A DNA stretch of 64,000 bases from assembly GCA_011109175.1 (NCBI GenBank), contig RDEW01000075.1, positions 118,652 to 182,651 on the forward strand, read 5' to 3'. Positions 51,790 through 64,000 of the stretch are shown one piece after another; the first letter of the stretch is position 1; each line of letters begins with the position of its first letter. The notes under the pieces are model-generated. The model was not told the origin of the DNA. It searched no databases and saw only the letters and a list, made by a program, of their open reading frames with translations. The DNA is from Dicyema japonicum. Its lineage: Eukaryota > Animalia > Dicyemida. The position numbers and the translations under genes were made by a program.

Positions 51790-52990
51790 AGAGCTGCAGT
51801 GAAAGCCACAACGATGAAAGCCAGTAACTCTTCTCGTCCTCCAGGAAGTGCTACAGATGAGTCATTCTCTTTGGATACAAGGCAGAACCTATTAAACCAG
51901 CGAATGTTCTTACAAAACACGACCCCACTAAAATGTCCAAACCTACGGATGAACCAATGAAAGCTGATCCTTTAAAGTACAAGACTATATTAATCACAGT
52001 GGATTCTTCTACGAGTGCGATAAAGATTGCAAACCTTAGTTAACTTTGATGTAATAGATTTTTTATACTATGACCAATACGGATCTATGAGGATGAACCA
52101 CAGAAGACCAGACAACTCCCACGTGGCCACCTATTTGGAGGCTGTAAATGAGACCTGTCCTTTTGGTCATGACAATCACCGTTTCAAGACAATCTCAACA
52201 AAACCGTCTGAGATTCTCCTCAGGAACCTTCCCTTCTGGGTGAAGGAGAACCCTCTTGGACTACCTACAGGAGATGGCTCCCTCAGTCACGGAGGTTACC
52301 CGAATGACCAGAGGATCATAAGCCATGCCAATGGTGAAGGCCTCGATCAATAGTAAATCGGAGGCCACATCACTAATACGCTGTGGTTTCTACATCGGAA
52401 CGAACAAGATCTCTTGTGAGTGGATGAGAAGAGGACCGCCGATCTGCTACAACTGTCAGCAGGTCCGTCACTTTGCATACCATTGCACGGGAAAGAAGAA
52501 ATGCTTCTGTTTCGCGGGAGAGCATGACACCCCCAGGTGCAATGCGGATCTGGGTCTTGAACCTAAGTATGTTAACTGCGGATCAGCAAAACACGGTGCA
52601 ATATATGGAAGATGCCCTGTGCTCATGAAGGCCAGGCGAAAGTTAAATCACCAAATCAACAAAACGGAACCAAAACAGATGAGTGTTATACCCAACAAAG
52701 TGGAACCGCTAGCCCAAAAAAGAATAATTAGCCCAAGGATTAACAAGAATGAAGCTGCTCCTCTTGCACGAGAGTCGGCCTGGCTACCCTGCGAAAAGTT
52801 ATCAGGGAGAACTAAAAAAGAACTGGAGGAAATAATATCAAGACTGAAGGAACTAAGCGGCATACTCGTGGATGGATTTACGAAGAATGGTGGACCTGGC
52901 CATGGAGAGCCCGGGCCACCAACAAGAAAATTGAAAAAAACCTGAAGATAGTGCTAGTGAACGCCCGATCCCTGAGGAAGAGTTCGTTAA
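51790..52990 (+). mobile_element. LINE ORF1 (gag-like, CCHC knuckles) and start of ORF2
   Basis: CYNCQQVRHFAYHC...C..FAGEHD...C...NCG..H...CP, followed by LKIVLVNARSL. Confidence 0.8.
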
Positions 52991-52994
52991 GAAC

Positions 52995-55340
52995 ATTATT
53001 CACTATACTCCGAATTGGAAGAGCTCTGGCTGTGATTAAGTACATGGATTTTATGTCAAGAAATTTAATTCTCTTCATAGTTATCTGAGTGGAGAGATTA
53101 TCAAGATAGTGAGTGGTGAATATTGCCTGGAAGAATGGTTCTATACTGGGATTACGTACCTCATTCCGAAAAAAGAAGACTGCTGTTCTCCGAATGACTT
53201 ACGACCAATTACGTGCATGCCTATATTGTACAAACTTGTCACAAAATGTGTTAATACAAAACTTACGGATTATATTAAAGGGTTCAATCTTATCTCGGAT
53301 AATGCTTGGAGCAAGAAGGCAGTGCCAAGGTGCAAAGGAGCAGGCTTTAATAAATCAGTGTGTTAATGCTGAACATGGAAATAGCTTATCCACAACATGG
53401 ATCGATGTGAAGAAGGCTTTCGATTCTGTCAATCATGAATTTTTGTGTCGGGTTCTTGATAGCTCTGGAGTTCCTGAATGGATTGTGAAGTTTATCAAGA
53501 ATCTAATAAGCAAGTGGAATGTTATTTTGAACCTTAACAAAAAAGAATTGGAAAGATCAAACTCGGGAGAGGAATCTTGCAAGGAGACTCACTCTCTCCT
53601 CAGCTGTTTACTCTGGTAATGGACCCACTAAGCCGAATATTAAATATAAAATTCCCGAAGATATGTTGTATTGATCAGAGTGATCCATCTATTGTGACAT
53701 ATGCGACTAACCATTTTCTTTTTATTGACGACCTGAAAATAATTGCCGAATATGAAGATACTATTCTAAAAATGATGGAGGATATTGATGAATATCTGGG
53801 TGTTGTTGGCCTTAAAAGAAACTGTGAAAAGTCTGCAACTAATCTGAAATGTCCCAAAGATACAAGTTATCTGGATGGTTGTGAGGGATATCGCTATCTT
53901 AAGTGTTAGAAGATAAAGGGAGTAAGTTATGAAAGACAAAGTTATGGAAAAAATTGCTGAAAATGTGAAGAAAAGGATAGAGATGCTGGCGAATTCGAAA
54001 TTAAACGCTGTAAACTTGTTTAAAGCGATAAATGAATACACACTCTCGCTATATAATTATTACATTACGACATTGAACAACGTGAATTCGAAGCTATTGA
54101 TTTAGAAATCCGGCGTATACTCTCTAACTTACGATTGAATTAAAACCTGCTAACAAAAAAAGACTATATCTCAGCAGGTTTGGAAGAGGATTAACCTCAA
54201 TTTCTGATAAGAGTGAATGCATGTTATTTCAATTTTTGACCGACCTTGAGAGGAAATCTTCCATGTGTCTTCGAAGGGCAGGAATCTTGCGGGTCTTAAA
54301 ACAAAGGAAAACACATATGACCACTATCGCAAGATTTATTGCACTCAAATACAATGTGGATGACCTATCTAACTTGAACACTGACAATATAAAGGAAAAT
54401 CAAAAGAAGAATTATTTGGAAAAGACTAATCAGAAATTGCTTCATTCAATTATATTTAAGTGTTTTGAAAATACGAATTTCGATATCAATGGATCAACAG
54501 AATGGCTTACTGGAGGGAAACAATAGTCCGAGGTCGGAAGCAATGTACTGCATGATACAGGATCGGAATCTGTTCTTTGAAGAGATGAAAGCAAATTGCA
54601 GTCATTGTGGTATGGCCAAAAAAGTGTGGTGTACCAGAATGCTTAGCGGTGCGTATATGCGGCGCATAACAAAGTTGTAAGATGTATACACCTACAACTA
54701 TGTCATCAATTTGGAATAAAAAGAACCAAGAGGGTAAAGACGCATACAGTCCAATCGATTGTGTCAAACAGTAAAATTGAAATACGAGTCGATACAACAC
54801 TACAAACGGATATACAAAATAAAAATAACAAACCTGATATTTTCGTACACGATAAATCCAAAAACGAAATAATAATAATAAGTAGGATCACTTCCCAAGA
54901 TTTGCTAAAACATGTTGAAGTGGAAAACTCCACAAATACGACCTTCTGCAGGGGAACTATCACAAATTCACAAGGCCAAGGTGATAATAATTCCGATTGT
55001 TTTGACATGGGATGGAGTAGTAACAAAGTACTACAAGTCCTATATGGAAAGACTCAACGTGGATGTCTCTACAAGGGCGTACATCCAATCAATGACGATG
55101 AAAAAAACTTTAGAGAGCATGATAATCGAGAAAGACATGGGCTGAAAGTTGATAACTATGATGAGGTTATCTCAAGAGGCTCTGAACTCGGAGGTGACGT
55201 AGATGAGGAACCAAGAGAAACAGCTATTTTGTCAAGTGATTTTCTTTCTCAAGTGGTATACGAGGGGAACAGTGATGGTGATACAAAGGGCCAATGCCCA
55301 AAAAGGAGAAGAATTCAGCTTGCATAGTGTTAATTAATTA
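52995..55340 (+). mobile_element. R4/Dong-like retrotransposon, second family
   Basis: LRPITC, WIDVKKAFDSV, QGDSLSP, NHFLFIDDLK, KPDIF and LTWDGVVTKY. Confidence 0.9.
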
Positions 55341-55477
55341 CAATTGATTTTCTTTATTCGATTTTTAATAATTAGTAAAATTTTAACTTATTTTAAAACA
55401 AAATTATCAATAATTCCAAAAAATCGTTGAAATAAGTACAATTGAAAATAAAATTACAACAAACTAACATTTAAAAT

Positions 55478-56923
55478 TTACACGGAAGATGATTTATAAG
55501 AGGCAAAAACATGTTTATCTTTCGTATATTTTCTTCCATTAACCACCAAAACAACTGGCGAGTTGACGCGGATTGAATTAAATGACATTTTCTGCAAAAT
55601 AAGTAACAAATTACCTCAGAAATAGAGTGTCTGCTAAAATGGGGTTCAGGGATCGCAACAGAGTCCCCCAATTTTACACCTTCTCCCATCCTCATATTAT
55701 AAACGGTCACACAGACGCAGTGCTCTTCCTTATCACAGAGTCCAAACGTGCTAAAATGCCCAAAAAGATAAACTATGGGAGAGACTGATCGGAAGACAAC
55801 GAATAGACGACTTTCCCAATCACAACGGTCTCGGAATTCAGCCCCTCTGACAAATCTCCAATCAGTTTCACTTCCAATTTATATTTTTTGTCTCTGTAAG
55901 GGCCCAAAGACTGGTCGGAAATAGAGTGGCACATCGAGGTAAGTCTCTTGGAGCTCACCAATCCACGTGACCTTGTCAGATTGTCAACTTTTTCTAAAAA
56001 CTCCCTGACTGTCTTTAAAAACTTCACAGGTTCCTCCCAGTCAGGATCCAGAAGGACAACTCGCTGGAAAGCGAAGAGACTCTCAGAAAATCGCTCCTCG
56101 AATAGATTTAACTAGAATCAGTCAATTTATCTCACAATTCCCTTGTTGTAGTACAAGGTGGGACTAAATTCTGCTATTTTGTCCCTTCCTGCCTTGTTGT
56201 ACGCCATGAGGGCCGACTTCAAGTGAGAATCTTTATAGCCGTCCACAAAAAACATCGAAAAATAGGCATTTCCTACGATTTCTGGAATAATTAGATCTGA
56301 GACCCCAGGAAAGTCCATCATTTAAGTCCAACTTTAGGGCCTCTTTGGCCATTTCCAGCCCGAGGGACAATGAGTCTTTACCTTTGTCAAGGGACTGCCT
56401 GTAGAGAACTGAAAGGGATCGAAAAGCTCTTTTATTTTGGTGCTGGATTGATTACATCTAAGATACCCGTCGATTTGCATTTTCAAAACAATTTATAGCT
56501 CCGTTGATATTTCCACCTCTCCAATAAGACTCTCCTAGCTCATTCCAAGCTTCCATCTTGTCAGGGAGCATTTTGATCGACCTGATTAGATGCTTTTCAG
56601 CCAAGGGATTGTATTCGTCAGATAAATTGTAGGACCTCCCCCACAAATAATCAATCATCCCAATGTCTGCACAATGTGGAGTACTTTCAAGAGCCAAAAT
56701 TAACTGGTTGTATTTTTCCTGAACAGTTTTGATGTCTTTTTGTCGCTTGTGAGTGGACTCGATTCCTTCAGAGATCAAATATGTGTCCTTCATAAGGTAG
56801 ATATCATCCAAGAGAGCCTAACTAATTGGATAAGGCTACTTCCAATAAGATGACGTCCTTCAAACCCTTAATTTGTTCAATTCTGGAACAAATTTGTGAA
56901 AATGTGGCATTCTTACAAACCAT
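55478..56923 (-). CDS. TTC5: Tetratricopeptide repeat protein 5 (TTC5/Strap) with C-terminal OB fold
   Basis: Introns 56818-56839, 56443-56466, 56282-56303, 56112-56135, 55751-55773 and 55592-55614. Motifs EAWNELGESYW, DGLSWEIVGNAY, LSEGLN...GKVV, GDSVAIPEP and SIRVNSPVVLVVNG. The first exon is ambiguous (alternative ATG at 56910 with a 48-nt intron). Confidence 0.92.
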
Positions 56924-57052
56924 AGTAACTTGATCAACAATTAATTATTCTAATTTAAATAAAAACGATTAATTATGAAATTGCTTATTAGTTAATAGTA
57001 GTTATTTGAACGATTGGATCTAGTGTCCGTCATGTTATTATATTATTATTTA

Positions 57053-59864
57053 CCGTGCGTCATGTGGTTCACCGTTTCTGGTGGCGTCGGATATAGTCCT
57101 AAACTATATCTAAAAAGAACCATTTGCTCTCTACCAACCAGAGGACTTCCCACTGGACGACATTCTCTCACTGTTGAAACATTCTATCGATTGAGACTGT
57201 TGACCTTAGGAGACTTGGAACAAAATCCAGGCCCAAAGAAGTTAACAATCCAAAGCTTAAGCATAAACGGGATCAGAGGAAAGATTGCCGAACTTTCCTT
57301 ATTCTTGGAGAGGAACAGAGTGGACATCTGCCTTCTCCAGGAAACGAAGCTTTCAAATAACATTCCTACTCTCTCTTTAACGGATACAACACAGTAAGAT
57401 CCGACCGCCCATCTGACCAAGGAGGGGGTCTACTGACTCTTGTAAGAAAAGGAATAAAATACCTCGAGAACCCTTTTCCTTACAAGAGCGAAGACTCGAA
57501 CACGGAGATAATTGGAATCTCTGTTATAACTTCCATTGGAAAAATTGAAATTGCGGATGTTTATTTCTCATCCTGGCTCCTGCAAGAAAAATTTCTCCTT
57601 TGACCTATCTACCTTGGAAAAACTGGAGAACTTGCTTTTATGTGAAGAGCTGAATGCGAAGCACCCTTCTTGGTTCCGCTACCAGTTCGCTGATAACAGA
57701 GGAAACCTGCTATTATCCCAAATGCAAAACTTAATAATCATCAACAACCCGAAAAGAACACTAGGACACCATACAACACGAAGGACATGATGACATCTCC
57801 GGACTTATCCGTCTGCTCGCCTCGTCTTTCCCAGATCATTAATTGGACGGTCCGTTATGACCTCCGGAGTTACCACCATTCAATGATAATGAAGCTGAAC
57901 TGCGAGCCACGTTTTTTACCGAAGCCTATTCATTTCTATGATTACAAAAATGCAAATTGGACTGGCTTTACAAATTTCGTTGATTCAAAACTGCAACATT
58001 TCCACTGAAAATTTCTCCTCCATGGACAAAGCTGTATACTATTTCACCAAAAAATCATTGACGGAGAAAAAATTTTTTTCAGAAAAGCATATATAAAAAA
58101 CGAAAAATTGAAATACGACTCAAAAACAAAGAAAATAATTATGGAAAGAAACAATCTTAAGAGAATGACACATCGTTCACGAGAGGTCATTAATCGAATC
58201 AGGCCACTAAACATTCTGATCACGAAAAACACGAACAACACCCGAAGGTAGAAACTCATGCGAATCTCTGTTGCCATGAATAATATCCCTTAATTTCCAA
58301 CATGTGGAAGATGTTGAGGCGTCTTAAGAACCCAGATTACGAAGATAACAAAGAACAATCCCAGCTCAATCTGAATAAATTATGAAACATTGTATTCGAA
58401 TCAGTCACATTCCTTATAAAAAGATTAACACACAAACGAAAATAAAGAGAAAGCCATCCAAATTTGCCCCTGATTTATTTTCTCCTAAAGATGTATCCAA
58501 AAATATCAAATCAGAAAAAAACAAACTCATGTGGCCCAGACGGAATCTCTTATTCTGCTGAAACACTTGGGCCCAGCATCAATAAATGCATTAACAATCA
58601 TCTACAACACATCGCTGAACATAAATACCATACCGACTTTGGAAACTATCAAAAAATTCGTTCAATATTGAAGCCGGGAAGACCGAAGAACGATCCCGGC
58701 TCTTACAGACCAGTTTCCCTTATATGTGTTTGTCGAGGATCCTGGAGAAACTGGTCCTAAAAGTTATTCGCCCTTTTCTCCCACAACCTACATTCCAACA
58801 TGGCTTCAAGGAAGGATTATCAACAACCTCCTTCCTAACAACATTAATGAAGTTCATAACTGAAGGACACAAGAACAAGCCAAAACAGGAAAAATCGGTC
58901 ATATGTACATCGACATTCAAAAAGCTTTCGACTCTGTAAGGAAGATCCTCATACGAAAAATATTTTTGACAAAAATTGATGCACATAAAGTTATGGTTAG
59001 CAAATTTCGTAAGTGGACGCCGAGGGAAAGTGTCCGTCGGAAACAAGAGTTCCAGATCGATTATTACCCAATGGTGTACCCCAAGGATCTTCCTCTGTCA
59101 CCAATCTTTTTAATTTGTTTTTGAGTGATCTCCCCGTACCTATGAATAATAATGACATGCTACTTTCCTATGCCGATGACATAGTTGTCGCATCTAGGAC
59201 GTAAATGTCGAACATGCTAAAGAAAGACTACAAGGAATACTAAATAACATATTTGGATGGTTGTGCGAAATCGATTAAATGCATGTTCCGAAAGTCAGCA
59301 GTCACTCTATTTACTAAGAATAGAAAGATGGGAACGCAAACAATTGATGTCATGTTAAATGGAGTACCTATACTAGAAAAGAAATTACAGAAGATACTGC
59401 GAGTAACTTTTGATACTTTCCTCTGCTTCTCAGCCCATGTGGAATTTATCATATTAACCTGTGCAAAAAATCAATTTTGTAACTGTGGAGGAATTTATCC
59501 GCCAGGTATCGGGACCCTCTACAAGCTGTATGTCTAACCAACAATAGGCTATGCATGTGCTGCATTGGGATCTAACCTGTCGGCAACGAACCTAACAAAA
59601 ACTCAAGAGATCCAGTCAAGAGCAATAAAGTTACTGGAACAATATACAGATAAAGAAATTGCGCCGAGAACACTAGAGTCTATCATAGAGGCAACTGGAG
59701 GAAATTTCTTAAGAAGAGGTAGAATAGACCCCAGTCCGTATAGAAAATGTGTGGGATCACTGTCGGATCATCGAGAATAGATGGCCCGATTATTGAGAGA
59801 TTCAGGGATCACCTGAATGTTAGTTAGTGGTTACGGCGTTTCATGGGCTTAAATAATAATAATA
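57053..59864 (+). mobile_element. Ingi/Vingi-like LINE: structured leader, leader peptide, 2A, APE, RT, (TAA)n tail
   Basis: ATG 57062 leads to RLRLLTLGDLEQNPGP (57212-57235), then SING, LQETKL, YRPVSL, QHGF, KAFD, GVPQGS and YADD. Ends GIT* and TAA repeats. Confidence 0.88.
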
Positions 59865-61219
59865 ATGTGGTTCGCTTATCTGGTGGCACCAGATACAAGT
59901 AAAAAATTGTATCCACAAAGGACCAGTTGTCAACAACCATCCGGAGGAGTTCCTTTTGGACGGCACTTCCTACACATTCGTGCACTTTTTCGGTGTAGAC
60001 TCATCATCTCAGATGTTGAAATGAATCCAGGACCAAAGTCTTTAAAGATGCTTAGCCTGAACATTAACGGACTCAGAGGTAAGGCATCCGAACTGAGTTT
60101 ATATTTGGAGAGGAATAAATTTGATATCTGACATGTACAGAGACCAAGCTTTCTGGGAATTCCACTACTCCTAAATTTACCGGTTTCAATGTATTGAGAG
60201 TCGATCGACAATCGGGCCGAGGTGGGGGACTATTGACCCTTGTCAGGAGAGGCATTATGTTCGATAAACACTTCTCCATATTCAGGAATCTGATAGAAGA
60301 CGTAAACATAGAAGTTATTGGGATCTCGGTACAGACCTCTCAGGCTATTATTATCGCCAACGTCTATGTTCCCCCTCCAGGTTCCTGTGCAAAAGGGTTT
60401 TCAGGAATTTGTCTGCCGTAGATATGATGGAAAACTTGTTGGTGTCAGGGGATTTTGATGCCAAGCACCATTCATGGTATAAGAAATAATTTCCAGACAC
60501 ATAGGGATTTCATATTATTTCCCGATTAGAAAATCTTTCCATTATGAAAGACCCAAATAGGAATACACGAACCCCGAATAATAACAAGGATTCGGTTACA
60601 TCGCCGGATTTTATGTTAACCACGGCTTGCTCCGCTTATTTGATGATGGGTAAACTATGACTTACGGAGAGACCATAATCCCATTCTGATCAAGATCAAT
60701 TGTACACCAATGACGCAGTCAAAACACGTCATTTTAATGACAATATTAATGCTGACTGTACAGGATTCAGAAGATACGTGGATTCGTCTTTATTGAATTT
60801 CAATCCGAATAATTTCAACTCAATTGATAGAGCAGTCTATCACTTTAATAAGGTGATTCTGGAAGGGAGAAAACTATTTGTTAGAAAAGAATCTTGAAAC
60901 ACACCAAGAAGAAACATGATGCTAGCATAATCAAACTAATAAAAGAAAGGAATTGTCTCAAACGTAAAAAGCACCTAACAAAACGTGATACTAATAGAAT
61001 CCGTGCACTGGACATGGAGATGAACAAAAAGACAAAGCTTCTTCAAAAAACAAAACTGGGCCGAATTTCTAATGCTATGAAAGAAAATAGTTCACTTACC
61101 AAGATGTGGAAGATGCTGCGAATTGTCGAAAACGCTGAAAACAAAATCGAGGGAAACCGTGAACAGGAGATAGACCTGAATAAATTTATCAAACCTTGTG
61201 TGAGAATAAGCTATTCCAA

Positions 61220-61366
61220 TTTATTTTTATTTATTTATTTTAATAACCCCGGGAACACCGAGAAAGAAAGACAAAAGAGTCAGACAGTTAGGTGATCCCA
61301 GTCCTCGCAATCACTTGTGCCATTCGACGTCTGTGATCCTCTATCGTCCCCACTACTTTCCGGAAG
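61220..61366 (-). mobile_element. Vingi-like 3' end inserted in the second LINE
   Basis: MAQVIARTGIT* followed by an A-rich/TAAA tail. Confidence 0.6.
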
Positions 61367-61378
61367 AGCCTTTCCAAT

Positions 61379-61714
61379 AATAATAATAATAGCCTTTTCA
61401 CGAGAATTCCAATAATAATAATAGCCTTTTCACGAGAGCCATAATATTTATAGCATAGGCAAGATACACACTTTATTTAAATAAAGAATAGTTAATTTTA
61501 ACGAATGATCTTCACTTCTTTTTTTATTTTTCTTGTGTGTGGGTCCTTTCTAGACAATCCAGTTACGCAGTGAGTATCCACTGATGACGGCGTCACTCGT
61601 CAAACCCTTTTGGCATCGTAGATGCGTGGAACCTTACACCAATTGAATAGCAGCGAGAATCGAACTCGTAACCTAAGTCACTTTAGCCCGACACCTAACC
61701 ACTATGCCACCCTC
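61379..61714 (-). mobile_element. Full-length tRNA-derived SINE with duplicated tail
   Basis: A box TGGCATAGTGG and B box GAGTTCGATTC. Body matches 37981-38288. Confidence 0.9.
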
Positions 61715-62244
61715 TAAGCCATTCCAAAGCATGAATATTCCTACACACAACAAGTCGAAACCGAAAAGGAGGCTTCCTACAATGTATTTTCTACCGGGCA
61801 ATGTCACTTTGGAGATCTATCGAACAAAGAACACACATTCCTGTGGACCGGACGAAATCCCGGTTATTCTGTTGAATAGGATGGGCACAGTGGGCGTATC
61901 TTTACTAAATACATCATCAACTACACAATCAACTACATCTGTATTCCCGCAAAATAGAAACTTTCGAATATTCATCCAATACTGAAGTTTGGAAAACCAA
62001 AGAGGACCCGGCTTCTTACAGGCATTTGTTGCGCTTGTGCGTCCAGACAAGAATCCTAGAAAGGATGATTATGACACTCACACGACATTCCCTCCCAGAT
62101 GCCAGATTTCAGCAGGTTCCAAAAAGGGACGATCAACTATCACACACCTAAATACATTAAAGAAGTTCATAGAGATAGCCTAAACAAATGACCGAGAAAG
62201 AAAAGACGATTATATGCTCAATTGATATCCAGAAGACTTTTAAA

Positions 62245-62430
62245 AAATTATGGGACAAATCCATCTCTAAGGTTGATCAGATTTGAATCTTCAAATGAAG
62301 AGCTAAGTAAAATTACTCAAATTTTGTCTAACAACCGAATAGAGGTTTATTTAATTTTTTATCACAGACTAAGGCAAGATCAGGAGAATTGAAAATAGTC
62401 AACATGAATCGAGTCAAGAAAATATAGACT
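62245..62430 (+). mobile_element. Ginger-like 3' fragment with a 23-nt intron
   Basis: ILSNNRIE|intron 62345-62367|TKARSGELKIVNMNRVKKI* parallels the end of the 34950 element. Confidence 0.6.
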
Positions 62431-62555
62431 TTAAAAAAAATTCTTGATTTTTGATTAGAAACCAATTAATGTTGATTTCATGAATAAACACATTCCTGAG
62501 TACAAAAGCTTTTTTTTAATTTCATAGAAAATGAGAGTTCGGATGATGTTTTTCC

Positions 62556-64000
62556 GGAGAGCGGAAAAAAAGTCAAGTCGTCTTTTTTTAGTTTATATCG
62601 CATTTTTGTGATACTACTAGCATCTTTTAATTTTTAAAAATTTTTTCAATACTTGACTTTTTTTCCGCTTGACTTTTTTTCTATTTTTGAAAATTTTTCC
62701 CTTATAAATTTTCGAAATTTAGCGCAAAATGGAAAAAAAGTCAAGTCCGCTAACGAAATCACGGACTTGACTTTTTTTCCGCTTTGGTATAATCGCTTTG
62801 ACTAAATCAATTTAAGAATTCCAAGGTAATAATAAAATTTTTTTTTATTATCAAATGAATAAAAATTAAATTAAGGCATGGCCATGCTATTTCCCCTAAC
62901 AATAGCCAACGAGATACGTTCTCGGAACCAACTAGTCTCTCGCGGATCCTTGGTCACAGCTTGAATCATGGAGCCGATCTTACAAACCAACTCATCTGCT
63001 TGGGGGCCAAGGATTCCTAATATAATAAAATTGACTAAACTTTTTTTCGCTTTGGTTTAATCTTTTTGACTTAATCAATATACGGATTTTAAGTTGAATT
63101 TCCCAAAGAAGGAATTTCTCACAATCACGAATTTGACGAAAGTCAAATAAAACTGATGAAATTGTGCAACGAAGCAAAACTTATTGCTAAAACGAGTCAA
63201 GAAAATCCCTTACAAATCTATTCAAAGGTTGTGTCTCAATGTGAAACAGCAATTAGAATTATTCTCCCTTCTGCAGATTCTTTCAAGAGAACACTAAGAA
63301 ATCAACGCTTGTCTCTACATATTCCAAAAAATATTTTCGATCTCGGACATATTCCATTTTGTCTTGAAACTATTATCGCAGACTTTGAAGATTCGGTATT
63401 TCGAGCTGTCCTTGCAGTATTTGGGAGACGAATACATATTAGAGGATGTTATTATCATCTAAGACAGTCAAACTGGAGAAAAATTCAAGAATTGCATCTA
63501 GTAAAACAATATAAAGAAAATATTAATTTTAACATTTTTTGCGCAATGATAGACGCTCTTGTTTTTTTACCCATTCAAGATATGGAATAAGGAATAGAAT
63601 TCCTAATGAATAATATGCCAGAAAATGTTCCAGATTCAAAATATATATTAGATTATTTTGATAGAACATATGTTCGCGGTTATCATCGTTGCTTAAATGA
63701 TCAAGAAAACCCCTTAGCTGATAGAATACATCACATTGCTCCATCGTTTCCTCCAAATTTATGGAATGTATATGAAGCTACACTCATTAATAAACAGAGA
63801 ACAAATAACTATTGTGAAGGGTGGAACAATAAATTTACAATTTGACGGGATATCGTCATCCATCGATATGGAATACTATATTGTCATTCCAAAAAGAAAA
63901 AAAAATGACGAAAACTATTATTGACCAAAATTCCTTTGGAAAAAGAATTTCAACAAGAACAAATGAAAAAACGATTGATGGACAAAAAACTTTTAAATAT
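62556..64000 (+). mobile_element. Second copy of the 48038-50112 MULE, inverted, with internal deletions; runs off the window
   Basis: TIR ggagagcggaaaaaaagtcaag, the same CRE passenger at ~62840-63017, and deletion junctions near 63092 and 63352. Confidence 0.93.

Larger units (their letters stand above)
59865..62240 (+). mobile_element. Second Ingi/Vingi-like LINE, directly downstream, 3' truncated
   Basis: ATG 59865 leads to RLIISDVEMNPGP (D at 60012, final P at 60035), then LNINGL, RGGGLL, NVYVPP and CGPDEI. Confidence 0.88.

Noticed and set aside
97-56923. Alternative genetic code (stop reassignment)
   Set aside because: Nearly all internal stops in host genes fall inside tiny introns. 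The two remaining breaks need a frame change, not readthrough.

Overview
This is AT-rich animal nuclear DNA, not prokaryotic. Most of the window is nested, mostly fragmented transposons: CRE-, R4-, RTE-, Ingi/Vingi- and Jockey/I-type non-LTR retrotransposons, a tRNA-derived SINE, and MULE, hAT, Tigger/pogo and Ginger DNA transposons. Five compact host genes can be rebuilt by hand once 21-28 nt GT-AG introns are allowed: follistatin (97-687 +), Nup54 (11894-13221 +), STAM (21527-~22743 +), E2F (29453-30321 -) and TTC5 (55478-56923 -). There is also a possible 78-aa orphan gene. Several proteins appear to lack ancestral domains. Tiny introns plus reduced proteins suggest a reduced parasitic animal such as a dicyemid or myxozoan; this is inference only. 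Main leads: (1) Ingi/Vingi-like LINEs whose 5' leader combines a covarying RNA structure, a frame-conserved leader peptide and a 2A (StopGo) motif; (2) a splicing system that seems length-defined, with weak splice signals, also used by Ginger transposons; (3) a SINE that shares its tail with RTE; (4) R4-like elements that resemble microsporidian retrotransposons from memory. All gene and family calls come from motif recognition without database searches. Many single-base frameshifts fall in homopolymers and may be assembly errors.
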